Shown: one piece after another, positions 20,085 to 29,509 of the stretch
How the letters are laid out: every line of letters begins with the position of its first letter
Position numbering within the stretch: the stretch's first letter is position 1
NCBI GenBank assembly: GCA_963845535.1
Contig: CAWJSK010000012.1
Span: forward strand, 832,001-896,000
Source: an uncultured Spirochaetota bacterium
GTDB taxonomy: Bacteria > Spirochaetota > Spirochaetia > SZUA-6 > Fen-1364
Length of the DNA: 64,000 nucleotides
Direction of reading: 5' to 3'
The notes under the pieces: model-generated
Database searches by the model: none
What the model saw: the letters and a program-made list of their open reading frames with translations, nothing else
What the model was told of the DNA's origin: nothing
Translations under genes and position numbers: made by a program

Positions 20085-21318
20085 CTACTGCTTGCGCGCC
20101 TCCCGCCAGATCCTGTCGATGTCAGCAATCACGTCGTCAGCGGTCTTCTTCTTGAACACGTAGCCCTGCGCGCCGTTCTTGGCTCCGTCTTCGAAGGCCG
20201 CGGTGGGGTACATGGAGAACGCCCACGGATACGCCCCGTTCTTTGCCACGGTGTTCATCAGCTCGACGAACGGAGCCTGGAGGGCCGACATGTCGGCGCC
20301 TTTGAAGTCCGAGGTGAGCTTGCAGTCCTTCGTCCAGATCTTGATGGCCTGCGGTGTCGACAACCAGGCCAGGAACTTCTTCGCCGCCGCCTGCTTCTCC
20401 GGGGCAGCCTGCGAGGAGATGCCGAACGTGGAGTCGACGTCCGCGTAGAACTTGTTCATCCCCGCGTCGTTGAAGACGGGGAACGGAACGAAGCCGCAGT
20501 TCAGGGACGGATTGGTGCCAATGGCCGCGCCATACGACCAGAGCCCCTGGACCATCATGGCCGACTTGCCACCGGCGAACGCCGCTTGCTGCTCGTTCCA
20601 ATCCATCTCTTCCGCGTTGTCATCCATGTTGGCGCGATAGAAATCGATGATGGAGAAGAGCTTTCCGGTATCAACCACGCCGTAGCTTGTTTTTCCAGCG
20701 TCCATGTCCGAGATGAACTTTGCAACCGGGATACTTCTTCTCCGCAAGCAGGCTCGTATGGACCATGGTGATGAAGTGCCCGATGGACCAGTTCTCTTTC
20801 AGCAGTCCGGCAAACGGCGTGACGCCGTTGTCCTTGAGCGTCTTGACGACGCGCTCGAGCTCCCGGAACGTCGTCGGCGCCTTCAGGTTGTATTTCGCGA
20901 AGATGTCCTTGTTGTAGATGATGCCGATGCCGGCAAAGTCCATGGGGAGCGCCCACTCCTTGCCGTTCCAGGTCACCGCGGCCTTGGCGGACGGAATCAC
21001 CTTGGCAAGGACCGGCTCCTTCGTGAGGTCCACCAGGTAGCCCTTCTGGGCGTATTCGAACACGCGGGAATACGACTGCATCTGGAGGATCTCCGAAAGG
21101 CTCCCGGAGGCGGCGCGGGCGGCCATGGTGGCATCCGCGTCATTCGGGATGATGAGCAGGCTGATGGTGATGCTGGGGTTCTCCTGGGTGAATGCGTCGG
21201 TGAGCGTCTTCAGCCCGGCCTGGATTTCCTGTTTGTAATAGTACATTTCCAGCTTCTGGGCTGAAACCGATCCGACCACCGTGAGGGCCAGGATCACGAA
21301 CACGAGAAACTTCTTCAT
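20085..21318 (-). pseudogene. Carbohydrate ABC transporter substrate-binding protein (MsmE-like), frameshifted near 20733
   Basis: Two overlapping ORFs join as ...LLAEKK/IPVAKF... if one base is removed; signal peptide, YNKDIF, FAGGKSAM.VQG.W motifs; AGGAGG SD. Confidence 0.85.
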
Positions 21319-21384
21319 GCGGTACCTCCTTGGGTTTGGGCGAGCTTCAGGGCTTGCGTTCGGGCTCGGTTTGATGTAACATTA

Positions 21385-21398
21385 CGCAACCGGTTGCG
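21385..21398. promoter_or_regulatory. LacI-family operator
   Basis: Perfect 14-bp palindrome CGCAACCGGTTGCG with central CG, between the divergent LacI and ABC genes. Confidence 0.8.
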
Positions 21399-21402
21399 GA
21401 GA

Positions 21403-21430
21403 ATTATACAGGTTTTCTGACGGCTGTCAA
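21403..21430 (-). promoter_or_regulatory. Sigma70 promoter of the sugar ABC operon
   Basis: Minus strand TTGACA-N16-TATAAT, just upstream of the operator. Confidence 0.8.
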
Positions 21431-22477
21431 GTGAAGAAACGAGTCACCATTTACGACATCGCGCGCCTGGCCAAGGTCACCACGGCCACCGTTTCCCGCG
21501 TCCTCAACGGGAAGCCCGGCATTTCCGCGGAGACGCGGGAACGGGTCACCGCGGTCATGCGCCGCACGCGCTACTTCCCCTCTCCCGCGGCCTCCAGCCT
21601 CAGGTCAAAGGCCACGCGGGAGATCGGAATCCTGTCCCCTTTCTTCATCGGGGACTTCTTCCTGAAGATCTTCGAGAGCCTGCACCGCCGTCTCAAGGAC
21701 TACGACCTCATCCTGTACAACGCGCAGACCCCGGCTCACCGCCGGGAGGTGATCTCCCGCATCGTCGCGGAGGAGAAGCTCTGCGCCTTGATCGTGGCCA
21801 GCACGCCCATCCTCCTGGAGGAAGAGATCCTCGTCTCCGCCCTTCGCATCCCCATCATCCTCCTGGAAGCCCGGCATCATTCCTACAGCTCGGTGGACTA
21901 TGACCATGAGATCGGGGCGTTCAAGGCTGTCAGCCACCTCGTGGAGCTGGGGCACCGGGACATCGCCATCATCGGCGGGACAGAGACGCGGTTGTACTCC
22001 CCCATCGGGAAGGAGAGGCTCAAGGGCTACCGCATGGCACTGGACATGGCGGGCATTCCGGTGAGGGAGCAGTACATCATGAACGGGGAATGGCCGGAAT
22101 GGACCAGCGCGGAAGCCAAGTCGTGCGCAATGCAATTGCTGTCAGGGAACAGGACGCCCACGGCCATCTTCGCCACCTCGGACGTGCAGGCCGCGGGGGT
22201 CCTCATGGCGGCCCGAGAGCTGGGAGCAAGGGTCCCGAATGACCTTTCCGTCGTGGGCTACGACAATCTCCCGCTGGCCGAATACCTGTCCCTCACCACG
22301 ATGTGGCAGCATCACGACCTCCTTGCCCGAAACGCCGCCACGCTGCTCCTGGAAGAGCTTCGCACGGGCGTGAGAACGGGAGAGCGGGTCGTCCTCCAGC
22401 CGGAGCTTGTCGTGCGCTCCTCCACTGCCGCGCCCAAGGCCCGCGCGCTGGCGGGCGCGCGCACGGCGGGCAGATGA
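21431..22477 (+). CDS. LacI family transcriptional regulator
   Basis: TIYDIARLAKVTTATVSRVLN HTH; PTAIF, DLSVVGYD, LVVRSS. Confidence 0.95.
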   Translation: MKKRVTIYDIARLAKVTTATVSRVLNGKPGISAETRERVTAVMRRTRYFPSPAASSLRSKATREIGILSPFFIGDFFLKIFESLHRRLKDYDLILYNAQTPAHRREVISRIVAEEKLCALIVASTPILLEEEILVSALRIPIILLEARHHSYSSVDYDHEIGAFKAVSHLVELGHRDIAIIGGTETRLYSPIGKERLKGYRMALDMAGIPVREQYIMNGEWPEWTSAEAKSCAMQLLSGNRTPTAIFATSDVQAAGVLMAARELGARVPNDLSVVGYDNLPLAEYLSLTTMWQHHDLLARNAATLLLEELRTGVRTGERVVLQPELVVRSSTAAPKARALAGARTAGR

Positions 22478-22484
22478 GCCAACC

Positions 22485-24080
22485 GTGAGCGTCTCCCTCC
22501 CTCGGGCCAGCGGGATCATCCTTCATCCGACCTGCCTCCCCGGCCCGCATGGCATCGGGGACATCGGCCCCGCGGCGCACCGGTTTCTCGGTTTTCTTTC
22601 CCTCGCCGGACAATCCCTCTGGCAGGTGCTCCCCGTTGGGCCCACGGGGTTCGGGGATTCCCCGTACGCCTGTTTCTCCTCTTTTGCCGGGAATCCCCTT
22701 CTGGTAAGCCTGGAAACCCTGACGGAATGGGGTCTCGTGAGCGCGGAGGACTTGCGCAACCAACCCGCTTTCCCCGATGACAGCGTGGACTACGGTCCCG
22801 TCATGACGTGGAAAATGCCCATCCTGCGGACGGCAGCAGCGCGGTTTCTGGACCGCCTCAGGGACGGCCGGCCTGAAGCTCCGAAGCGGGAAAGGTTCGT
22901 CGCCTTCCAGGCCGCGGAGGCCGCTTGGCTGGAAGACTACTGCCTGTTCATTGCGCTCAAGCAGGTCTTTGATGCCCGCGCGGCAGGCAAGGGTGAGCCG
23001 GGCGGCGCGTGGAATACGTCCTGGGACAGGGACATCGCGCTCAGAACACCTGATTCCCTCACCCGGTGGCGGCAGGAGCTGGCTCGGGAAGTCCAGATCG
23101 AATGCGTCATCCAGTTCTTCTTCTTCGAGCAGTGGAGCGCGCTCCGCGCGGAGGCTGGCCGGCTCGGGATACTCCTGGTGGGAGACCTTCCCATCTTCGC
23201 GGCGCCGGACAGCGCAGATGTCTGGGCAAACCGGGACCTGTTTCAGCTCGACGCGGCGGGGCGTCCAACGGTCGTGTCCGGCGTGCCTCCCGACTACTTT
23301 GCGAGGACGGGCCAGCTCTGGGGCAACCCGTTGTACGACTGGGATGCCCTCGGCCGCCAGGAGTACCGGTTCTGGGTGGACAGGATCCGCTCGGCGCGGA
23401 AGCTCTTCGATTTCGTACGCATTGACCATTTTCGCGGCTTCGAGGCGTGCTGGACCGTACCCGCCGGAGAGAGCACGGCGGAGCGCGGTCGGTGGATGAA
23501 GGCGCCCGGTGTCGCCCTTTTCGACGCGCTCCTGAGCCAGCTCGGCAAGCTCCCTCTCATTGCAGAGGACTTGGGCGTCATCACTCCCGACGTGAATGCT
23601 CTTCGTGAACGTTTCGGCTTTCCCGGAATGCGCGTCCTCCAGTTCGCTTTCGACTCGGTGGAGGCCGGCTCGCTGAATGCCGGCAACCGTTTCCTCCCGC
23701 ACAATCACACGCCGGATTCCGTGGTCTACACGGGAACGCATGACAATGATACGACCCGGGGATGGTTCGTCAAACGCACCGCGCGGGAGCGCGAGTACCT
23801 GCGGAGCTACCTCGGATGCGCCGGACCCGAGACGCAGCCGAAGGCGGACGCGCAGATCGAGTGGACCTTCATCCGCATGGCCCTGTCTTCGGTGTGCAGG
23901 TTCGCGCTGTTTCCGCTGCAGGACGTCCTGGGCCTGGGGAGCGAAGCGCGCCTCAACACTCCGGGCACCAGCGGCGGAAGCAACTGGAGATGGCGGTTCG
24001 CGCAAGGCGCGTTGACCCGGGAAAGGGCGCGAAGACTCCGGGACTTGAGCGCCCTCTATGGACGGATTCAAGAATCGTGA
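22485..24080 (+). CDS. malQ: 4-alpha-glucanotransferase (amylomaltase, GH77)
   Basis: SGIILHPT, WQVLP, GQLWGNP, RIDHFRG, AEDLG, YTGTHDNDT, NWRWR. Confidence 0.96.
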   Translation: MSVSLPRASGIILHPTCLPGPHGIGDIGPAAHRFLGFLSLAGQSLWQVLPVGPTGFGDSPYACFSSFAGNPLLVSLETLTEWGLVSAEDLRNQPAFPDDSVDYGPVMTWKMPILRTAAARFLDRLRDGRPEAPKRERFVAFQAAEAAWLEDYCLFIALKQVFDARAAGKGEPGGAWNTSWDRDIALRTPDSLTRWRQELAREVQIECVIQFFFFEQWSALRAEAGRLGILLVGDLPIFAAPDSADVWANRDLFQLDAAGRPTVVSGVPPDYFARTGQLWGNPLYDWDALGRQEYRFWVDRIRSARKLFDFVRIDHFRGFEACWTVPAGESTAERGRWMKAPGVALFDALLSQLGKLPLIAEDLGVITPDVNALRERFGFPGMRVLQFAFDSVEAGSLNAGNRFLPHNHTPDSVVYTGTHDNDTTRGWFVKRTAREREYLRSYLGCAGPETQPKADAQIEWTFIRMALSSVCRFALFPLQDVLGLGSEARLNTPGTSGGSNWRWRFAQGALTRERARRLRDLSALYGRIQES

Positions 24081-24135
24081 TACGGGAGTACCCGTTCGGG
24101 GCGAGCACGCCGTGCCGCGCTTCGCGCGACGCGGC

Positions 24136-24915
24136 TTAGTAAGCTCCTGAAGCTTTCTGGCCGGTCACCAGCAACACGCCCGAGCTCGTGCCAATCCTCG
24201 TAGCCCCTGCCCGTATCATCTGGACCGCGTCTTCAAAGCCCTTGACGCCGCCCGCCGCTTTCACCCCCATCTTCGGACCCACCGTCCGTCTCATGAGGGA
24301 AACGTCGGCCACCGTGGCGCCGCCCTTGTTGAAACCCGTTGAGGTCTTCACGAAATCCGCTCCGACCTCCTTGGCAATCTGGCAGGCAAGCACTTTCTCA
24401 TCATCGCTCAAGAGGCACGCCTCAATGATCACTTTCAAAACGATGCCGGCCCGACACGCCCGTCTCACGGAGAGCATGTCTTCCCGCACCGTCTTCAAGT
24501 CCTTGGCTTTCATGGCCCCCACGTTCATCACCATGTCGATTTCCGCGGCCCCGTTGGACACGGCCGTTCTGGCCTCGAACGCCTTTGCCCTGCTGTCCAT
24601 GGCCCCCAGCGGAAACCCGACCACGGCGCACACCTTCACTCCCGTGCCCCCGAGCTTGCGGGCGCAGCGCTCCGCCCAGTTGGAGTTCACGCACACCGAG
24701 TAGAAATGGTGCTTCGCGGCCTCCTCGCAAAGCTTGTCGATCTGGTCCTCGGTTGCCTCGGGCTTCAGGAGCGTATGGTCGATGAAGCGGGCAAGGTCCG
24801 CGGGCTGAAGCGAATCCGCCCCCGAGCCGCTCTCTGAGGACCCCGAGGCGCCTTGGGCGTGCAGGCGCGCAACCACCTCCGCGACGATCTTCTCGATCAA
24901 CTGCTTCTGTTCCAT
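24136..24915 (-). CDS. deoC: Deoxyribose-phosphate aldolase with N-terminal encapsulation peptide
   Basis: IDHTLLKP, VGFPLG, EIDMV, FVKTSTGF, KAAGG, RIGTS; amphipathic N-terminal QLIEKIVAEVVARL followed by a Ser/Gly linker. Confidence 0.95.
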   Translation of the reverse strand: MEQKQLIEKIVAEVVARLHAQGASGSSESGSGADSLQPADLARFIDHTLLKPEATEDQIDKLCEEAAKHHFYSVCVNSNWAERCARKLGGTGVKVCAVVGFPLGAMDSRAKAFEARTAVSNGAAEIDMVMNVGAMKAKDLKTVREDMLSVRRACRAGIVLKVIIEACLLSDDEKVLACQIAKEVGADFVKTSTGFNKGGATVADVSLMRRTVGPKMGVKAAGGVKGFEDAVQMIRAGATRIGTSSGVLLVTGQKASGAY

Positions 24916-25388
24916 TACTCGGCAAAGCCTCCCCGCTCCAGGGCCATGATCTTGTTTATCCGCACCATGTGCCGTCCGCCGCCGAACCTCGTGGCAAGCC
25001 ACACTTTCGCCATCTCGCACAGCTCGCCCGCGTCGTGAAGCGGCCCGCCCAGGCTCAGCACGTTGGCGTTGTTGTGCTCCCGGCTGTTGATCACCGTACG
25101 AAGGTCGTAGCACATGGCGGCCCGGATCCCGCGGACCTTGTTGGCGGCCATGCAGGAGCCAATTCCGGCACCGTCCAGCACAATGCCGCGCTCGCAGTCG
25201 CCGCGTACCACCTTGCGGCACACCGCCTCCGCGATATCCGGATAGTCCACCTTCTCCGCGCTGAAGCAGCCCACGTCCACCACCCGGTAGCCCAGCTCCT
25301 CCAGGTAGCGCTTGAGCATCTCCTTCTGGCCGTACGCTCCATGATCCGCGCCAATCGAGACGCTGCGCACGTTGTCGGTCTCATTCAT
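24915..25388 (-). CDS. rpiB: Ribose 5-phosphate isomerase B
   Basis: GADH, DYPD, DGAGIGS.MAANKV.GIRAA, EHNNANVL, FGGGRH..R. Confidence 0.93.
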   Translation of the reverse strand: MNETDNVRSVSIGADHGAYGQKEMLKRYLEELGYRVVDVGCFSAEKVDYPDIAEAVCRKVVRGDCERGIVLDGAGIGSCMAANKVRGIRAAMCYDLRTVINSREHNNANVLSLGGPLHDAGELCEMAKVWLATRFGGGRHMVRINKIMALERGGFAE

Positions 25389-25665
25389 GCCTGTCCTCGA
25401 TATCAACACGATCCACGATCCCGCACGCCACCGTGCGGACGGTCACCGCGCCCTCATCTCCCAGCACGGAGCGCGCGGAGCCGCCTTCATCCACCACGAG
25501 CACCCTGTCTCCGACCCCGGCCTGTACGCCGTCAAGGGCCAGGAACGACCTCCCTGTCGGCTTGCCGTGCGGGTCAATGGGCTGGACGACGAGTATCTTG
25601 TATCCGCGGTACTGCGGGTGCTTCTCCGTGGACACGACGTTGCCCACCACGCGGGCAATGATCAT
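25381..25665 (-). CDS. BMC-P vertex protein (EutN/CcmL family)
   Basis: ARVVGNVVST.K, DGVQAGVGDRVL, GIVD. Confidence 0.93.
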   Translation of the reverse strand: MIIARVVGNVVSTEKHPQYRGYKILVVQPIDPHGKPTGRSFLALDGVQAGVGDRVLVVDEGGSARSVLGDEGAVTVRTVACGIVDRVDIEDRHE

Positions 25666-25958
25666 TTCCGGCCCGCCTTCGGCGCGGCCTCGGCAACGTT
25701 GACCGCGTCCACGATCCCGATGATGGCGGCGTCCGCGGGATTGAACCAGCCGTTCGGATTGGCCTGCGCTGCTTCCTTGCCGGCCTCGAAGAAGACCAGG
25801 TCTCCTTCTCCCGCTCGCGCAACGTCGAAGGCCACGATTGCCGCTCCCGCCTCGGCGCCTTTTTCGTCCAGCGGTTGCACAAGGAGCAGCTTCAGCCCCT
25901 CGAGGCTTTCGAGTTTCTGCGTGCTTACCACCGTTCCAATGACGCGTCCAAGTTTCAT
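25662..25958 (-). CDS. BMC-P vertex protein (EutN/CcmL family)
   Basis: GRVIGTVVSTQK, KLLLVQP, AGEGD, DAAIIGIVD. Confidence 0.93.
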   Translation of the reverse strand: MKLGRVIGTVVSTQKLESLEGLKLLLVQPLDEKGAEAGAAIVAFDVARAGEGDLVFFEAGKEAAQANPNGWFNPADAAIIGIVDAVNVAEAAPKAGRK

Positions 25959-27434
25959 ATGATTCGGAAGTAGTCCACGAGCGTGCATCGCCTCTCCCGG
26001 GTGAATGTGCGCGCCCGTGTCATCCCCTCTCCCGTGGGGCTGGCAATTGTGAATGAGGCGTACCCGGCGCCCCCTTCCCCCAGGCCAGCGTAGTTCGGCC
26101 CGTTCTTCACGAAGAGCGAGCAGTTCATCACCTTGGCCATGGCGGAGAGCTTCACGATGTCATGGGAATGGATGCTTGCCGTGTGGCGGAAGCCGTGCTC
26201 CACGCGCACGGCGAGCTCGATTGCCTCATTCACGCCGCGCATCCGAACGAGGGGGATCACGGGCATGAGCTGTTCGCTCCACACCATGGGGTGATCACTC
26301 GGCACGTCGATGAGCAGAATCCGCGTGTCAGCCGGCACGTCGATGCCCGCTGCCCTGGCAATGACCACCGGGTCCTTGCCCACGAGGTCCTTGTTCGGTG
26401 GACTGGCCTTCCCCGGACCCGCCGCCGCGGCTTGCGGAAGCGCCGCTCTGGTAACCGCCTCCGCTTGAGCGCCGGTGAGCTCGAAGGCGCCGTTCTTCCT
26501 CATTTCCTCTTTCAGCCGGTCCGCGATGCTCTCCACGGCGAGGATTTCCTTTTCATCCGTGCACACGACGTTGTTGTCGAACCCGGCGCCCGCCACGATG
26601 TCACGACCGGCTTTCACGAGGTCCGCGGTGGCATCCACCACGACCGGCGGATTGCCGGGGCCCGCGCAGATTGCCTTCTTCCCGCTTCCCATGGCCGCCT
26701 TCACGACGCCGGGACCTCCCGTTACCACGAGGAGCGCCACACCCCTGTGCTTCATCAGCTCTCCGGCGCTCTCGATGGTCGGAGAGGCCATGGCGCACAG
26801 CACGTTCTGCGGGCCGCCCTCCCGGGTGATTGCGTCATTCAGCATTCCCACCAGGCGGCAGCTCACCCCTTTTGCGCCGGGGTGAACGTTGAACACGACG
26901 GCATTCCCGGCGGAAATCATTCCGATGGAGTTCGACGTAATGGTTGCAAGAGGGTTCGTCACGGGCGTGATGGCGCCAATGACTCCGTACGGCGCGCGTT
27001 CCATGATGGTCAGTCCATGCTCATCCGAGTACGCCGCAGGCTCGACGTCCTCCACGCCGGGCGTCTTTCGGGCAGCGAGGCTGTTCTTCGTCTTCTTGTC
27101 GCGGACGTTCCCCAGCCCGGTCTCGGTGACCGCTTCGCGGGAAAGGGATTCATTGGCTTCCAGCACGGTGGCCCGCATGGCTTCAATGATCCGCCGCCTG
27201 ACTATCCAATGGCAGCGCAACGAGCTCTCGCTGCGCAGCAGCGGCAGCCGCGACAGCTGAGTCGATGTCCGAAAATATCCCATGACCCAGGGAGCCGGAC
27301 GCCCCCGGCCGCGCGCCCTGAGGCGCGTCCAGCGCGGTCGCTCCGCCTCCCTGGATATCGCCAAGAAGAGCCGCCAGGTCAGTGGATTTGAGCACCTGCT
27401 CCACGATCTGGCGGATGTCGTCTTCGAGTGCCAT
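25955..27434 (-). pseudogene. CoA-acylating aldehyde dehydrogenase (EutE/PduP family) with encapsulation peptide, frameshifted near 27204
   Basis: PYGVIGAITPVTNP, TGGPGVV, GPGNPPVVVD, DNNVVCTDEKE, FTIASPTGEG; the N-terminus MALEDDIRQIVEQVL is in another frame and joins as LPLD/VRRRIIE if one base is removed. Confidence 0.9.
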
Positions 27435-27450
27435 TCTTTCTTCCCTTGCG

Positions 27451-27741
27451 CTACTCTGCCCTGTAGAGGGCCTGCCCCGCGCCGTGGATCGCGTCCACAA
27501 TCCCCACCACCAGCGTGTCCATGGGTCTGTCATCCGTGCGCCGGGTCCAGCGGCAGCTGCTTCCCTGCGTCAGGAGCACCAGCTGCCCGCGGTCCGCGCC
27601 CACCATGTCCAGCCCCACCAGATACTCCCCTTTGCCTTCCCCGCGCTGGGTGCACTCCTCCACCAGGAGCCATTTTGCCCCATCAATGTTGTCCGCGCGC
27701 TTCGCGGCCACCACGGTGCCGCGCACCCGGGCAAGAGTCAT
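27451..27741 (-). CDS. BMC-P vertex protein (EutN/CcmL family)
   Basis: ARVRGTVVA, D.VGA..G..V, GSS.R, DTLVVGIVD. Confidence 0.9.
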   Translation of the reverse strand: MTLARVRGTVVAAKRADNIDGAKWLLVEECTQRGEGKGEYLVGLDMVGADRGQLVLLTQGSSCRWTRRTDDRPMDTLVVGIVDAIHGAGQALYRAE

Positions 27742-27754
27742 TCCGCCCCCCGTA

Positions 27755-28060
27755 TCATTCCGCGGCCTCGTATTTCTGGTAGGTAAGCTTGCCGTCCTTC
27801 TCGATGGTGTCCACCACGGCAATGATGGTGGCGTCCGCGGGCTTGCCCTTGGTGGCCTCCGTCATGCGGGCGCTGGATCCCGTGACGTAGAAAACCACCT
27901 CCCCCGCGTTCGCCCCCACCCCGTCGATTCCGACCACATACTCTCCCTTGCCGGCAAGAGTGACGGCATCGATTTTTTCCAGGAGGAGGAATCTCATCCC
28001 CTCCATGGATGATGGTTTGTGCGTGGAGACAACAGTTCCTTTTACCCGCGCAAGCACCAT
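27755..28060 (-). CDS. BMC-P vertex protein (EutN/CcmL family)
   Basis: ARVKGTVVSTHK, DGVGANAGEVV, GSSAR, DATIIAVVD. Confidence 0.93.
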   Translation of the reverse strand: MVLARVKGTVVSTHKPSSMEGMRFLLLEKIDAVTLAGKGEYVVGIDGVGANAGEVVFYVTGSSARMTEATKGKPADATIIAVVDTIEKDGKLTYQKYEAAE

Positions 28061-28074
28061 GATAGAGCCTGAAC

Positions 28075-28386
28075 CTACTTCTTCCCCGCCACGGCCGGCC
28101 TTCTGCCCAGCGGCAGCGCCGCGTCCACGCCCTCATGCGGCCGGGGGATGACGTGGGTGGAGACGATCTCTCCCACCTTCTCCGCGGCCCGGCTTCCCGC
28201 CTCCACGGCGGCCCGGCAGGCCGCCACGTCCCCGCGGACAATCGCGGTCACGTACCCGCCCCCGATCTTTTCAAAGCCGACAAGGTCGACCTTTGCCGCT
28301 TTCACCATGGCATCCGCTGCCTCAACCATTGCGGCAAAACCCCTCGTCTCGATCATCCCCAAAGCTTCAAAGCCGTTGTCAGCCAT
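28075..28386 (-). CDS. BMC-H hexameric shell protein (PduA/EutM-like)
   Basis: [32 protein letters not shown]. Confidence 0.96.
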   Translation of the reverse strand: MADNGFEALGMIETRGFAAMVEAADAMVKAAKVDLVGFEKIGGGYVTAIVRGDVAACRAAVEAGSRAAEKVGEIVSTHVIPRPHEGVDAALPLGRRPAVAGKK

Positions 28387-28402
28387 AGAACGCCTTCCTT
28401 CC

Positions 28403-29044
28403 TTATATCCGCGCCGCCGTGGCGGGAATCTCCCGGCCGCTCAATCCCTCCAGCCTGGACTCCACCACCTTGCGCGCTTCAATCACCTCTGCCTCATCCC
28501 CGGCTATGTAGACGCGTCCGAAAGCCCCGAAGCCCACAACCTCGATGATGTTCACCTTCGAGGTCTTCTCAGCTTCGTTGGCCGCGTAGTACGCGTAGCC
28601 CGCGGGCTCCACTTCCAGCACGTACAGCGTGTCCCCGCGCAGCACCATGTTCCCGTGCCGCACCTTGTTGATGAGCTGCGCGTGATGGTCGGTGATGTTC
28701 TTGATGAGCTGGCTCGTCAGCACGCGCGGCTTCAGGCGGTCAGCCTCGGTCTTCTTCAGCTCGCGAAGCACGGCCTCCCCTGCCATGCGCGCATCCCCCT
28801 GGCTGTCGGAGTGCACCTCGAGCAGTCCGTACGCGCGTTCGACGATCTGCAGTCCGGGGGTGACGTTTGTGGCCTTCAACGCAATGTCTGTGAGCCTGTT
28901 GATTTCGATCCCCGGGGCTATCTCCACCACGCAGCAAGCCTGCATGCCCACGGGGTAGTAACCCTTCGAGATCGTTGCAATGAAGGAGGCATTCTGGAGT
29001 TGAAGCGAATCAAGGAACACGTACGTTCTCAGGTCTACTGCCAT
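28403..29044 (-). CDS. BMC-T double-stacking shell protein (CcmP/CsoS1D-like)
   Basis: [17 protein letters not shown]...[32 protein letters not shown]. Confidence 0.92.
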   Translation of the reverse strand: MAVDLRTYVFLDSLQLQNASFIATISKGYYPVGMQACCVVEIAPGIEINRLTDIALKATNVTPGLQIVERAYGLLEVHSDSQGDARMAGEAVLRELKKTEADRLKPRVLTSQLIKNITDHHAQLINKVRHGNMVLRGDTLYVLEVEPAGYAYYAANEAEKTSKVNIIEVVGFGAFGRVYIAGDEAEVIEARKVVESRLEGLSGREIPATAARI

Positions 29045-29047
29045 GGC

Positions 29048-29365
29048 TTACCCCTTCCGTTCGGAGCGCCCGAGGGGAAGCGCCTGATCCACGGACGTGT
29101 GCGGCCTCGGGATCACGTGCGTGCTCACGATCTCTCCCACCTTCTCCGCGGCCCTGCTTCCCGCTTCGACCGCCGCGCGACACGCGGCCACATCTCCTCG
29201 GACGATGGCCGTCACGTACCCGCCGCCGATCTTCTCAAAGCCCACGAGGTCCACCTTCGCCGCCTTCACCATCGCATCAGCGGCTTCCACCATCGCCGCA
29301 AAGCCCCGGGTCTCGATCATTCCAAGCGCCGCTCCCGCGCCCGCGTCAAATCCGCTCTCCGCCAT
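29048..29365 (-). CDS. BMC-H hexameric shell protein (PduA/EutM-like)
   Basis: Same BMC domain core as 28075-28386; GAAGGAGG SD. Confidence 0.96.
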   Translation of the reverse strand: MAESGFDAGAGAALGMIETRGFAAMVEAADAMVKAAKVDLVGFEKIGGGYVTAIVRGDVAACRAAVEAGSRAAEKVGEIVSTHVIPRPHTSVDQALPLGRSERKG

Positions 29366-29400
29366 GATTCCTCCTTCCCGCTCTATGAAACGTGAATTGC

Positions 29401-29488
29401 ATAACATTCTATGGCCATATATGTTATATGTCAAGCAATTACAAAGCAATTTGTTAATATTTGCTACTAATCTTTTCTTTATTTAACA
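29401..29488. promoter_or_regulatory. AT-rich divergent control region with candidate DeoR operator half-sites
   Basis: ATAACAT (29401) / ATGTTAT (29421) inverted pair around TATGGCCATA; TGTTAA (29452) / TTAACA (29483) inverted pair. Confidence 0.5.
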
Positions 29489-29509
29489 TTCGTGATACGC
29501 TATCTCAAG

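Noticed and set aside
18756..20771. 671-aa plus-strand ORF, and similar long antisense ORFs at 10103-11602, 22293-24071, 26162-27391, 32900-34264, 36763-38136 and 60479-61912
   Set aside because: Shadow ORFs opposite well-supported genes; expected in high-GC DNA and lacking recognisable motifs
24916..25221. Possible RpiB-DeoC fusion suggested by the 361-aa ORF
   Set aside because: The upstream part is an alternative frame of rpiB; rpiB has its own stop overlapping the deoC ATG (TAATG)
27195..27210. Programmed frameshift producing AldDH with or without its encapsulation peptide
   Set aside because: No slippery heptamer or homopolymer at the site, and three other unrelated genes show similar single indels
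29366..29509. PHO box in the BMC/deoR spacer
   Set aside because: The GTTA/TAAC sites are inverted pairs and not in 11-bp direct register
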